Source: Syntrophales bacterium (GTDB lineage: Bacteria; Desulfobacterota; Syntrophia; Syntrophales; UBA2210). From it: DNA of 64,000 nt. The notes beneath the pieces were generated by a model. That model did not search any database. It saw only the letters and a program-made list of their open reading frames with translations, and was not told the DNA's origin. Within the stretch, counting starts at the first letter, position 1. Each line of letters starts with the position of its first letter. Below, piece after piece: positions 1 to 9,677 of the stretch. A program made the translations under genes and the position numbers. The DNA lies in contig CAXXNF010000002.1 in assembly GCA_963666365.2 (NCBI GenBank), positions 1,632,001 to 1,696,000 on the forward strand. The letters are read 5' to 3'.

Positions 1-445
1 CCTCTTCCGAACCGACGGGCATATAGTTCAGGAGTATTTCCGCACCGCTTTCCTTCAGGATTTTTACGACATCATCCCGTTCCGGTTCGGGATCGAGGGC
101 GGGAATGAATGTACAATCTTCTTCATACTCGCGCATATGTTCGGAAATGCCGTCAAGTATTCTTCCCATCTGTACGGGTACTCCCGATGAGGGAAGGTCG
201 GGACAGAAAAGGGCGGTACAGTTGGGACCGGCAAAGACAGCCTCATGGAGATCTTTCCCCACTTTTCTCCTGTCGATATCGAAGGCCGCAACGACTTCGA
301 TGTCGCCCGGCTTAAATCCACCGATATCCCAGTGCATCAATCCGATCGCCTCTTCAGCATCCTTGTGCATATAGTAGTGAATACCCTGTACGAGAGAACA
401 GGCACAGTTTCCCACTCCTGCCACGGCAATTTTTATGCTATCCAC
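1..445 (-). CDS. ino1: Inositol-3-phosphate synthase (5' part; runs off the window)
   Basis: Manual translation from GTG at 445 (RBS GGAG upstream): (M)DSIKIAVAGVGNCACSLVQG...VAAFDIDRRKVGKDL...LLNYMPVGSEE, typical of bacterial MIPS. Not in the ORF track because it is truncated. Confidence 0.9.
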   Translation of the reverse strand, partial: MDSIKIAVAGVGNCACSLVQGIHYYMHKDAEEAIGLMHWDIGGFKPGDIEVVAAFDIDRRKVGKDLHEAVFAGPNCTALFCPDLPSSGVPVQMGRILDGISEHMREYEEDCTFIPALDPEPERDDVVKILKESGAEILLNYMPVGSEE

Positions 446-618
446 GGATCATCAACTCCCTTCTCACGAACTACCACCCTTTATACACTCAGAAAGAACC
501 ATCTCATGCTGACGTGAGTGATATTGTACATAAACATCATTTAAAAGCAAGTGTCTTGGCAGAGACGAAGGGGGAGGTGAGTTATTTCCTGAAGCGAGCG
601 GGCGGATGGGATCGATCG

Positions 619-666
619 ATCCCTTGCAACTCCCTGCCCCTTAAGCCGCAGGGAGTTGCAAGGGAT
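619..666 (-). terminator. Long perfect hairpin after the TRAP operon
   Basis: ATCCCTTGCAACTCCCTGC / GCAGGGAGTTGCAAGGGAT 19-bp inverted repeat just after the dctM stop; no clear U-tract. Confidence 0.6.
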
Positions 667-681
667 GTCCACACCGGTTGG

Positions 682-2013
682 TTAATCGATAATCATTCCG
701 GGCAGCCACATAATCGCATCCGGGAAGAACGCGCATATTAAAAGACCTATAACCATCAGTACCACAAAGGGTATAATACCCCGGTACACCTTTCTGATAT
801 CGATCCTGTCGGGATCGACGCCCTTGATGTAGAAGAGGGCGTATCCGAAAGGCGGCGTGAGGAACGACGCCTGAAGGTTCACCGCCATCATCACGACAAA
901 CCAGATTGGATCGAAACCGAATTGTTTGGCAATAGGCAGAAAGAGAGGAAAACAGATGAGCACGATGCCGATCCAGTCGATGAACATTCCCAAGAGAAAT
1001 ACAATCGCCATCATGACCCAGAAGGTTCCCCATTTGCCCAGCCCCAGTCCCAAGACAAAGTCCGTCACCACATCGCCCCCGCCGACGCCGAGAAACACGC
1101 CGGTGAAACAGGTGGCACCGCAGAGAATTATGATCACCATGGTATTGGTTTTTGCCGTCTGGACCACGGCCTTGGCAAATCCCTGCCATGTAAATTTCCC
1201 GTAGGCAATCACCATGAGAAAGGCCAGAAAGGCGCCCACCCCTGAGGCCTCGGTCGGCGTGGCAATGCCAAAAAATATTGAACCCAGCACACCGAGTATG
1301 AGAATCATAGGCGGCACAAGAGATTTCAGGACCATGAAGCCAACCTGGGCATTGGTGACCCCGGCTCTCTCTTCCTTACTGATGGGCGGTCCGAGTTCGG
1401 GCTTGATATAGCATTTCACTCCCACATACACCAAGTAAAGCACAGAAAGGATGATCCCCGGAAACACCGCTCCGGCGAACAACTTTCCCACAGAAAGCGT
1501 CGCCTGGCTGGCCATGACGACCAGCATGATGCTCGGTGGAATCAATATTCCCAAGGTCCCCCCCGCACATATGGAACCGTACGACAATTTCTCGTCATAC
1601 CCGTATTTTCTCATCATGGGTATTGCCAGAAGCCCCATGGTGACCACGGAGGCACCGATGATGCCGGTGCAGGCGGCGAAAATCGTGGACACCGCGATGA
1701 CCGCCAGCGCGATGCCGCCCCGCGTCTGGCCCATCAGATAGTGCAAGGCCTTGAAAAGCTCTTCGGCGACCCCTGACTGGTCGAGGAGTTGCGCCATGAA
1801 TATGAAGAGGGGAATGGCAAGAAGGACATAGTTGTCCATGGTCCCCCAGATCCGATTCATAAACACATAAAACACCGACGGCCCCCAGCCCAGATATCCG
1901 AATATCACCGCCAATCCACCCAAGACGAAGGCAAGGGGATGGCCCATGAACAGTCCTATCAAAAGACCGCTGAACATCAGAATTGTGATCAATTCAGGGC
2001 TCATATCTATCAT
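682..2013 (-). CDS. dctM: TRAP transporter large permease (DctM family)
   Basis: 443 aa, highly hydrophobic, motifs GTLGILIPPS, ATPTEA, LTPPFG. Confidence 0.95.
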   Translation of the reverse strand: MIDMSPELITILMFSGLLIGLFMGHPLAFVLGGLAVIFGYLGWGPSVFYVFMNRIWGTMDNYVLLAIPLFIFMAQLLDQSGVAEELFKALHYLMGQTRGGIALAVIAVSTIFAACTGIIGASVVTMGLLAIPMMRKYGYDEKLSYGSICAGGTLGILIPPSIMLVVMASQATLSVGKLFAGAVFPGIILSVLYLVYVGVKCYIKPELGPPISKEERAGVTNAQVGFMVLKSLVPPMILILGVLGSIFFGIATPTEASGVGAFLAFLMVIAYGKFTWQGFAKAVVQTAKTNTMVIIILCGATCFTGVFLGVGGGDVVTDFVLGLGLGKWGTFWVMMAIVFLLGMFIDWIGIVLICFPLFLPIAKQFGFDPIWFVVMMAVNLQASFLTPPFGYALFYIKGVDPDRIDIRKVYRGIIPFVVLMVIGLLICAFFPDAIMWLPGMIID

Positions 2014-2519
2014 AGCTCAACCCCCTTAATGAGGTATATTCTCTTAATAACTTCCGATATCCCCTGTATGAAAAGCAGTATGAACGATATGATGATAACC
2101 GTTTTAATTGGGTACACCGGCGGCGCAAAGACGCTCCAGGTGGTTTCCTTCATCGCCCATGACCGTGCGGCGAAGGAATAGCCCTGCCAAGTGCATACGA
2201 TCACGAAAGGGAAGAAGAAGATAACGTAACTTATGATGTCAAGTATGGCCTTTTTCTTTTTTGAAAGGACCATGGTAAAGACATCGACCGACACATGGGA
2301 GCCGTAGAGTAGGCCAAAGCCGGCGACAATCATAAAGTGAAGGCCGTAGAGTTGCTTGAGCACCTCGAAACTCCATATGGTGGGCGAGTTGAGAAATCTG
2401 CGGAGTATCACCTCCATCACCGTAAGCAGCACAAGAGGAACGATAACCCAACTGAAGATCCTTCCTGTCCACTCGTTGATTGCGTCGCAGAATTTTGATA
2501 ATTGTTTTGCAAAATTCAT
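2010..2519 (-). CDS. dctQ: TRAP transporter small permease (DctQ family)
   Basis: Four TM segments, HVSVDV motif, overlaps the dctM start; start placed at MNF after GGAGG. Confidence 0.92.
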   Translation of the reverse strand: MNFAKQLSKFCDAINEWTGRIFSWVIVPLVLLTVMEVILRRFLNSPTIWSFEVLKQLYGLHFMIVAGFGLLYGSHVSVDVFTMVLSKKKKAILDIISYVIFFFPFVIVCTWQGYSFAARSWAMKETTWSVFAPPVYPIKTVIIISFILLFIQGISEVIKRIYLIKGVEL

Positions 2520-2729
2520 AGGAACCTCCGTCCTGTTCCGCACATGCCGACACGATGTATCGGCATCATCATGTAACGATTGGAACGACTTAAAATTACC
2601 AATTCATCCCGACTCTGATGGATATCCTCCATGGACATTGAAGCTCCTGTCATTACGCTGGAAGGGATGTCCGAGTGTCAAGGAATTGTCTGTATTTCTG
2701 TTTGCTATATTTTTGATCAAAAAATAATA

Positions 2730-2763
2730 TAGAGGTCCCGCGTAACGGCATTGGGGACCTCTA
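2730..2763 (-). terminator. Hairpin after dctP (terminator or mRNA stabiliser)
   Basis: TAGAGGTCCC...GGGACCTCTA inverted repeat. Confidence 0.5.
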
Positions 2764-2797
2764 CGGCGGTTTTTACCTACCTTTTAATCCTTCGCTA

Positions 2798-3898
2798 TTA
2801 ATCAAGGTTAGGGTAGGCGTCCGGGCTCGGGTTATATCCGAAGCTAAAGGGACTTTCCATGGAACGCCATCTTTCATAGGCTTTCCTGTATTCAACCTGA
2901 GATTTCATGGATTTCTTGAAAAGCGGGTTCGCCTTGGCCGATGCCTCGGTATGGGGCTTAATCAGTTTTTCTATGGTAAGCAGATCCTCATCGGGGTAAC
3001 GGGTAACCTTTATGCCCTTGTCGATGAATTTCTGAGTGTACTCAATCGCCATATAAAACTGTCTTGTGCTCTCCTCCATTGCGGTCGCCTTGGCGGCGTA
3101 CTGGAGGTTCTCTTTGGTATCGGCATCGAGCTTATCCCATTCCTGTTTATTGATCATCACCCCCAAAACCGATGCAGGCTGGTGCCATCCGGGAACGGCC
3201 CAGAATTTGGTTACTTCCTGGAAACCCATGCCCCAATCACAGGAAGGACTGGAGAATTCGGCTGCATCCACCACGCCCTTCTGAAGGGCCTGATAGATTT
3301 CCTGGCCTGACATCGCTGTCTGTGCAGCCCCCAGATCCTTCAGGAGTTTTCCCTGGTGTTGTCCTGACATTCTGATTTTCATCCCCTTGAGGTCCGCAAG
3401 AGAATTAATAGGCTTGTTGCTGCGGAGACCGCTTTCCATGGTGGTCACTCCATATAACAGGTAGACCATGTTGTATTTGCCATAGGCCTCGTCATAGATC
3501 GCCTTCCCGCCGCCATGATAGTACCATACCAGGTAGTCGATGGGAGTAAGCCCCATAGGATAGGAACCGAGGGTATCGAACACGGAGTTTTTACCTGCCC
3601 AGTAGTTGGGCCAGTCACCGGAAGCCTGAATGGTTCCCTTGCTCACCGCATCGAATACTTCATAGGAAGGCATAAGGCTTCCACCCGGGAAGAATTTAAT
3701 CGAAAGCTTGCCCTTGCAGAGATGATTTGCAGCCTCTACGAAGGCCTTGTCAATCTCCATAAAGTTGATGGACGGCGGCCATGTGGATGTCATCTTCCAC
3801 TTCAGTTCTTTTCCCGCGGCCATAGCCGTTGACGCAGCCAACACCATTCCAAAGACAAGAGCTGCCGCTAGGGCAATAACGAACACTTTCTTTCTCAT
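2798..3898 (-). CDS. dctP: TRAP solute-binding protein (DctP; TakP-like monocarboxylate/keto-acid type)
   Basis: Signal peptide, WKMTSTWP, EVFDAVSKG, PGWHQP; start MRKK after GGAGG. Confidence 0.93.
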   Translation of the reverse strand: MRKKVFVIALAAALVFGMVLAASTAMAAGKELKWKMTSTWPPSINFMEIDKAFVEAANHLCKGKLSIKFFPGGSLMPSYEVFDAVSKGTIQASGDWPNYWAGKNSVFDTLGSYPMGLTPIDYLVWYYHGGGKAIYDEAYGKYNMVYLLYGVTTMESGLRSNKPINSLADLKGMKIRMSGQHQGKLLKDLGAAQTAMSGQEIYQALQKGVVDAAEFSSPSCDWGMGFQEVTKFWAVPGWHQPASVLGVMINKQEWDKLDADTKENLQYAAKATAMEESTRQFYMAIEYTQKFIDKGIKVTRYPDEDLLTIEKLIKPHTEASAKANPLFKKSMKSQVEYRKAYERWRSMESPFSFGYNPSPDAYPNLD

Positions 3899-3972
3899 TG
3901 TGATACCTCCTCTTTCTTGTATGTTGATGTTACGTGAAAAAAATACAGATACCCTCGAATTGCTCTTTTCCC

Positions 3973-3988
3973 TGCAATTTTCAGACCA
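3973..3988 (-). promoter_or_regulatory. Sigma-54 promoter of the TRAP operon
   Basis: Minus strand TGGTCT-GAAAA-TTGCA with correct -24 GG / -12 GC spacing. Confidence 0.75.
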
Positions 3989-4160
3989 ATGCATTAGTAA
4001 ATCGGAAAAACGTGTCTATTGTACAATTTCAATAGAACATCACGCTGCACCTCAAAAAAAAGTTGACATTGATAACACCGAATAAGTATACCGATTGTAA
4101 CATGTAGGTTCTTTGCTACACTTTTTGGATCATTCACTAGTACACGGACAGAGGTGAGAA

Positions 4161-5609
4161 GTGACATCAGAAAATGCACGCAAGGCCTTAAAGCACATAA
4201 AAGATCAGCTTGAAATCTTTTCACTTATTTTCGACAGCATCCACGACGGAGTCGTCGTCACCGATGCGGAAGGATTCGTAACTCATTTCAATAAACCTTA
4301 CGGCAGATTCCTCAAATTAAACCCCGAAGAGCAGATTGGCAAGCACTGCACAGAAGTGGTTGAAAATTCGAGGATGCATATAGTGGCAAAAACGGGCGTA
4401 CCAGAGATCAACCATTCTCATTTGATAATGGGACAAAATATGGTAGTGCAGCGTATTCCCATCAAGAGGGACAACAAGGTGATCGCCGTATACGGTCAGG
4501 TGATGTTCAAGAATGCAAAGGATTTAACAAAGCTGGCCAAAAAACTTTCTCAACTGGAATCGAAGGTAAGAGAATACGAAAAAGAACTTCTCACCCTTCG
4601 CGCACGGCGCTTCACCTTTGACAGCATTATAGGGGTAAGCAGCGCAATGATTTCCCTGAAAAAAGAGGCCGAAAAAGCCGCTGCAAACTCTTTTCCCGTG
4701 CTGATCACAGGGGAGAGCGGCACAGGGAAGGAACTTTTCGCCCACGCCATCCACAATGCAAGCTCCCGAAAAGTCTATCCTCTGGTGCGAATAAATTGTT
4801 CTGCCATTCCGAAGGAATTGATCGAAACGGAGTTATTCGGATATGACAAGGGGGCCTTCACCGGCGCCAGCGCAACAGGGAAAAAAGGTAAATTCGAACT
4901 GGCGGACAACGGCACGATATTTCTCGACGAAATCGGCGACATGGCGCTTGAAATGCAGCCCAAGCTGTTGAGAGTGCTTGAAGAAAAGGAATTTTCCCGA
5001 GTGGGGGGCACATCGGTAATCCGTTCCGACTTCCGTCTCATCGCAGCGACGAATCAGAACCTTCAGGAAATGGTACCGGAAAAGAGATTCAGGATCGATC
5101 TTTTTTACCGGTTGAACGTCATACCACTTCATATCCCTCCCCTGCGTGAACGAAGAGAGGACATCATCCCCTTAGCGAAACACCTGCTACAGAACCTTGC
5201 GGAAGAAACCAATATCGGCAACATATCGATTTCTCCTGAAGCCGAGGAAATCCTGACATTTAACAATTGGCCAGGGAACACTCGGGAACTCCAGAATGTA
5301 CTGGAGCGCACAATGTCATCGCTGGAAGGCACTACCATTCGTGTCGAAGATCTTCCTTTCTATCTGAGACATCGCCCCCATGGCATGCATAGAGAAAAAC
5401 AAAACACCACCATCAATAAAAACAGGGACTGCCTCAAAGACATCCAGGAAGCGACAGAAAGAGAGGCGCTTGTTCACACACTCCACAGCACGAATTATAA
5501 TAAGAGAAAGGCTTCGCAGATCCTGGGCATTCATCGTACTCTCTTGTACAAAAAGATGAAGAAGTACAATATTCCGCTTCAGGGACAGGAAGAATCCTTT
5601 CATCCTTAG
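4161..5609 (+). CDS. PAS-domain sigma-54-dependent activator (Fis HTH)
   Basis: PAS, Walker A GESGTGKE, GAFTGA, C-terminal HTH LGIHRTLLYKK. Confidence 0.95.
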   Translation: MTSENARKALKHIKDQLEIFSLIFDSIHDGVVVTDAEGFVTHFNKPYGRFLKLNPEEQIGKHCTEVVENSRMHIVAKTGVPEINHSHLIMGQNMVVQRIPIKRDNKVIAVYGQVMFKNAKDLTKLAKKLSQLESKVREYEKELLTLRARRFTFDSIIGVSSAMISLKKEAEKAAANSFPVLITGESGTGKELFAHAIHNASSRKVYPLVRINCSAIPKELIETELFGYDKGAFTGASATGKKGKFELADNGTIFLDEIGDMALEMQPKLLRVLEEKEFSRVGGTSVIRSDFRLIAATNQNLQEMVPEKRFRIDLFYRLNVIPLHIPPLRERREDIIPLAKHLLQNLAEETNIGNISISPEAEEILTFNNWPGNTRELQNVLERTMSSLEGTTIRVEDLPFYLRHRPHGMHREKQNTTINKNRDCLKDIQEATEREALVHTLHSTNYNKRKASQILGIHRTLLYKKMKKYNIPLQGQEESFHP

Positions 5610-5739
5610 CAACAATGATACACTTTTGTTCATAACCGCTTTTCCTCCCCCCTTTCATCAACATGATATTGCAGCTATGAAGAAATGGAGAGGTGAGATA
5701 CTCTTTCTCTCACAGGATATACCCTGTCAATATAATTAA

Positions 5740-5755
5740 TGGCATGTTATTTGCT
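5740..5755 (+). promoter_or_regulatory. Sigma-54 promoter of the maoC/CoA-transferase operon
   Basis: TGGCAT-GTTAT-TTGCT. Confidence 0.85.
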
Positions 5756-5820
5756 TAGAATAATTATCGAGCCAAGATTCAGTAACCGATACGCTTGTAT
5801 CTCTCCGAGGGAAAGGGCAT

Positions 5821-6243
5821 ATGCACGGCAAGACCATTGATGAGCTTACAGTAGACGATTATGAGGAGTTTGCGAAGACAATTTCCGAGGCAGACGTCTA
5901 TCTTTACGCGGGCATAAGCGGCGATCATAACCCGGCACACATTAACGAGGAGTACGCGAAACATACCTTTTTCAAGACCCGAACCGCACAGAGCATGCTT
6001 TCGGCCAGTTTTATTTCGGCGGTAATCGGCACGAAACTGCCGGGACCGGGGACCGTGTATCTCGACCAAACTCTCAAATTCCTTGCACCGGTACGGATAG
6101 GCGACACAATCGTCGCAAAGGTTGTAGTTATTGAAATCATGGTAGAAAAAAATAAGGTGCGCCTTAAAACCACCTGCACCAACCAGGATGGAGTTATCGT
6201 ACTGAGAGGAGAGGCCGTGGTAAGCCCTCCTACACCGATGTGA
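5821..6243 (+). CDS. MaoC/PhaJ family (R)-enoyl-CoA hydratase
   Basis: Hydratase-2 motif SGDHNPAH, LPGPG, FLAPVRIGD. Confidence 0.9.
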   Translation: MHGKTIDELTVDDYEEFAKTISEADVYLYAGISGDHNPAHINEEYAKHTFFKTRTAQSMLSASFISAVIGTKLPGPGTVYLDQTLKFLAPVRIGDTIVAKVVVIEIMVEKNKVRLKTTCTNQDGVIVLRGEAVVSPPTPM

Positions 6244-6309
6244 CAGAGACGCACTTCTTTATCGCAGGTTGACAACATAGCGGCTTCGACAAGAATGAGG
6301 AGGTATTTT

Positions 6310-8310
6310 ATGACATCTAATCAAAGATCATCCGTAAGGACAAGCGGCCACCCCGTGCTCCTTGGCACTATGCGGACAAAAAACAAGGTAGTAACGGCGG
6401 AAGAAGCCATTCAGCTGATCAATGACGGGGATACGGTCGCAACAAGCGGATTTTGCGGAAGCGCCTTTGCCGAAGAACTTGCGATCATGATCGAAGAGAC
6501 ATTCTTGAAAACCGGACATCCACGGGACTTAACCCTGATTTTTGCAGCCGGCCAGGGAGATGGCGGCGACAGAGGCCTCAATCACTTTGCCCGTGAAGGT
6601 CTCTTAAAGGGGTTTATAGGGGGGCACATGGGCCTTACCCCTAAACTGGGGAGAATGGCAACGGAAAACAAGATCATCGCCTACAATCTGCCTCAGGGAG
6701 TCATATCTCACATGTACAGAGATATCGCAGCCCATAAGCCAAGAACAATCACGAAAGTTGGGCTGGGAACATTTGTAGACCCGAGGAATGGCGGGGGAAA
6801 GGTAAATGATCTTACTAAAGATGAAATCGTGGAACTTGTCGAGTTTGATGGTATAGAGTATCTTGCCTATAAGCTCCGACCCATAAATGTCGGGCTTGTA
6901 CGAGGTACGACGGCCGATACCGACGGCAATATCACCATGGAAAGAGAGGCGTTGACCCTGGAAAACCTTTCCATTGCAACCTCCGTAAAAAATTCGAACG
7001 GCATTTTGATCGTACAGGTTGAAAGAATTGCCGAGAAGGGGACATTGGATGCCAGGCAAGTGAAGATACCGGGAATTATGGTGGATTGCGTAGTGGTGTC
7101 TCATCCGGAAAACCACTGGCAGACATTTGCAGAAATCTATAATCCTTCTTTCAGTTGCGAAACAAAAATTCCCCTGCAATCCATGCCTCCCATGGATATG
7201 GACGCGAGAAAGATCATCGCCCGCAGGGCGGCCTGCGAACTGAAGGCCAACGACATTGTCAACCTGGGAATCGGCATGCCCGAGGGGGTTGCCAATGTAG
7301 CCAACGAGGAAAAAATCCTTAATTATTTTACCCTTACCGCGGAGCCGGGCGTGATCGGGGGAGTGCCCGCAGGCGGATTGAACTTTGGCGCCGCCACCAA
7401 CACCGATTGTCTTATCGATCAGCCCTATCAATTCGATTTCTACGACGGCGGCGGTCTGGATATCACCTGCCTCGGCATGGCGGAAACAGACAAGGACGGC
7501 AACGTCAATGTGAGCAAGTTCGGCCCGAGGCTCGCGGGATGCGGAGGATTCATCAACATCAGCCAGACTGCCAAAAAATGCATATTCGTGGGGACCTTTA
7601 CGGCGGGGGGGCTGAAAGTGTCCGTAGACGATCACAAGCTTATCATTGATCAGGAAGGCAGAACAAAAAAGTTTGTCAATCAGGTCGAACATATGACCTT
7701 CGGCGGCAGGTACAGTGCCGAGCAGGGTCAGTATGTACGCTACGTGACCGAGAGGTGCGTCTTCTCGCTCACCAGTGCGGGAATGGAACTGATCGAAATT
7801 GCGCCGGGCATCGATCTTGAAAAAGATATTCTTGCGCTCATGGACTTTAAGCCCATAATAAAAAAATTGGCGCTGATGGATGAAAGGATCTTCTCTCCGG
7901 AACCGATGGGCCTTGAAAACGATCTTCTGAGCATACCGCTGGAAGAACGGCTCACCTATTATCCGGAAGAAAACCTCTTCTTCGTAAACTTTGAGGGATA
8001 TCACGTAAAATCCAGCCAGCAAATCCAGGATATCGATCGGGCAGTGCGGACCATCCTCGAACCGGTGGGTAAAAGGGTCTATACGATCGTCAATTACGAC
8101 AATTTCAACATCCTGCCGGATCTCATCGATGAATACACGGAACTCGTCAAGTATATAGTGGAAAAATTCTATGTCAACACAACGCGGTACACTACCAGCG
8201 CATTTGCGCGAATGAAACTGGGAGAGGCGCTTGCGGAAAAGAAGTTGATACCCCATATGTATGAGAGTAGAAAAGAAGCGGAAAAGGCGTTAAAAACAGC
8301 CGATTGTTAA
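6310..8310 (+). CDS. Acyl-CoA:acetate/3-ketoacid CoA-transferase (propionate CoA-transferase/YdiF type) with C-terminal extension
   Basis: NLGIGMPEG, catalytic Glu in TAEPG, FDFYDGGGLD, GGFINISQ; start after GAGGAGG. Confidence 0.92.
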   Translation: MTSNQRSSVRTSGHPVLLGTMRTKNKVVTAEEAIQLINDGDTVATSGFCGSAFAEELAIMIEETFLKTGHPRDLTLIFAAGQGDGGDRGLNHFAREGLLKGFIGGHMGLTPKLGRMATENKIIAYNLPQGVISHMYRDIAAHKPRTITKVGLGTFVDPRNGGGKVNDLTKDEIVELVEFDGIEYLAYKLRPINVGLVRGTTADTDGNITMEREALTLENLSIATSVKNSNGILIVQVERIAEKGTLDARQVKIPGIMVDCVVVSHPENHWQTFAEIYNPSFSCETKIPLQSMPPMDMDARKIIARRAACELKANDIVNLGIGMPEGVANVANEEKILNYFTLTAEPGVIGGVPAGGLNFGAATNTDCLIDQPYQFDFYDGGGLDITCLGMAETDKDGNVNVSKFGPRLAGCGGFINISQTAKKCIFVGTFTAGGLKVSVDDHKLIIDQEGRTKKFVNQVEHMTFGGRYSAEQGQYVRYVTERCVFSLTSAGMELIEIAPGIDLEKDILALMDFKPIIKKLALMDERIFSPEPMGLENDLLSIPLEERLTYYPEENLFFVNFEGYHVKSSQQIQDIDRAVRTILEPVGKRVYTIVNYDNFNILPDLIDEYTELVKYIVEKFYVNTTRYTTSAFARMKLGEALAEKKLIPHMYESRKEAEKALKTADC

Positions 8311-8330
8311 AAAAACAGGCAGCACGTTAC

Positions 8331-8521
8331 GAGATCTTTGCATAATTGCGAATACGGTCATTGAGAGGAGCAACGCGACTCGGCAATCTCTTTCATTATC
8401 AGTATGTTCATCCCGACCGCAGGCGGTCGGGATGAATGGGGCCGCGCCTTTCGCCGCGGCCCCATTATGAGATTGTTTCACTTCGCTCGCAATGACAATG
8501 TAGGGAGTATGCAACGTTCTC
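8331..8521. mobile_element. MITE-like element (degenerate GAGACCTTTGCA termini) enclosing a GTCATTG...CAATGAC REP-like palindrome
   Basis: Ends GAGATCTTTGCATA and TATGCAACGTTCTC resemble the perfect IRs at 63539/63660; inner palindrome 8357-8496. Confidence 0.6.
8407..8464 (+). repeat. 58-bp double-hairpin element (short copy of the G|TT-inserting family)
   Basis: TTCATCCCGACCGC-AG-GCGGTCGGGATGAA then TGGGGCCGCG...CGCGGCCCCA; homologous to 32032-32176 and 30081-30185. Confidence 0.85.
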
Positions 8522-8589
8522 GTTATTTAGAATGAAGTGGGTTGTGTCGCCGTTCCACAAATTAGAACAGATAAGAAAGGAGACCTGAA

Positions 8590-9105
8590 ATGGCACTTAA
8601 GATAAAGAAGATTCTTTACGCAACGGATTTGTCACTGAATTCCGCTTACGCCTTTCGTTTCGCCGCGGATCTCGCAAAAAACCACAAAGCGGAAATAATT
8701 CTTCTCCATGTTGTTGAAAAACTCCCTCCTTCGCAAGAAGCATTGGTTAAATACTATATCGAAGATAAGGACCCGCGGCATTACGAGAAACTCATAGTAG
8801 ATTCGATAGCGCGTGCGAAAAAACGAATAGAAGTGTTCAGGAACAGGGAACTTTTAGAACATCCGGAAGTAATCAGTGAACATACCCACATAGAAGTAAT
8901 AGAAGGCTATCCTGCCATCGAGATTTTAGAGAAAGTCAAACAGTATGAATGTGATGTCATTGTCATGGGAACCCACGGCAAAGGATTCCTCAGCCACTCC
9001 CTGCTGGGAAGCGTGGCGGAAAGAGTCATGCGAAGGACCGACAAGCCGGTTACGATCGTTCCCCTGCCGGAGGGGAAAACGGATCTGTCAATTCCCGAAT
9101 TCTAA
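8590..9105 (+). CDS. Universal stress protein
   Basis: KILYATDLS...IVMGTHG...LLGSVAERV. Confidence 0.93.
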   Translation: MALKIKKILYATDLSLNSAYAFRFAADLAKNHKAEIILLHVVEKLPPSQEALVKYYIEDKDPRHYEKLIVDSIARAKKRIEVFRNRELLEHPEVISEHTHIEVIEGYPAIEILEKVKQYECDVIVMGTHGKGFLSHSLLGSVAERVMRRTDKPVTIVPLPEGKTDLSIPEF

Positions 9106-9165
9106 GAGCTCGGGGTTGCGTTATCAATTATATCATCATCCAGATGATTAGGTGCCGGGGAACAG

Positions 9166-9576
9166 TCAGGTGTTGATCCCTTCCGCGACAAGACTTTCAT
9201 CCTGGTTTCTTATTCGCCATTTGTAGGTGATCAAACCGCCGCCTCGTTTGGATGCTTTTTTTGCGATCGGTTCAACCTCGGCCGAAATTCGATCGCCCGG
9301 CACTACCGGGGTCTTGAATGAAATGTCGGTGGCACCCGACCATACCGCATCGGCCAAGAATCCCTGCTTCGCCATTAAGCCCATCATACAGGCGATGAGA
9401 TACGCTCCCGGCGTCACCCGATCTTTAAAACCCCAGCCCCGTGCAAAATCCGCATTTAGAAATCCCGGAAGATCCATTCCCGACATCTGGGCCACCATAT
9501 CAATTTCCGTTCCTGTAATCGGCTTGGTCAAATTGGATTTATACACCCTGCCTTCTTCAATCTCGTCATACCGCAT
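9166..9576 (-). CDS. MaoC-like hotdog-fold dehydratase (possibly read through TGA to TAA at 9148)
   Basis: FKTPVVPGD...IRNQDESLVAEG hotdog signature; strong RBS AAGGAGG. Confidence 0.8.
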   Translation of the reverse strand: MRYDEIEEGRVYKSNLTKPITGTEIDMVAQMSGMDLPGFLNADFARGWGFKDRVTPGAYLIACMMGLMAKQGFLADAVWSGATDISFKTPVVPGDRISAEVEPIAKKASKRGGGLITYKWRIRNQDESLVAEGINT

Positions 9577-9677
9577 AAGAACACCTCCTTTTTAATTTGA
9601 TTGCCTGAATTCGATTTAATTGATCGTTCATGTCACGGATTTTATGCGTTCATTTATTTTTCTAAATCTTCTTTTCC

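Noticed and set aside
64..517. Short ORFs listed in the track at the window start
   Set aside because: They are shadows of the truncated ino1 gene in another minus-strand frame
6604..8256. 550-aa antisense ORF
   Set aside because: Mirror frame of the CoA-transferase with no recognisable motifs
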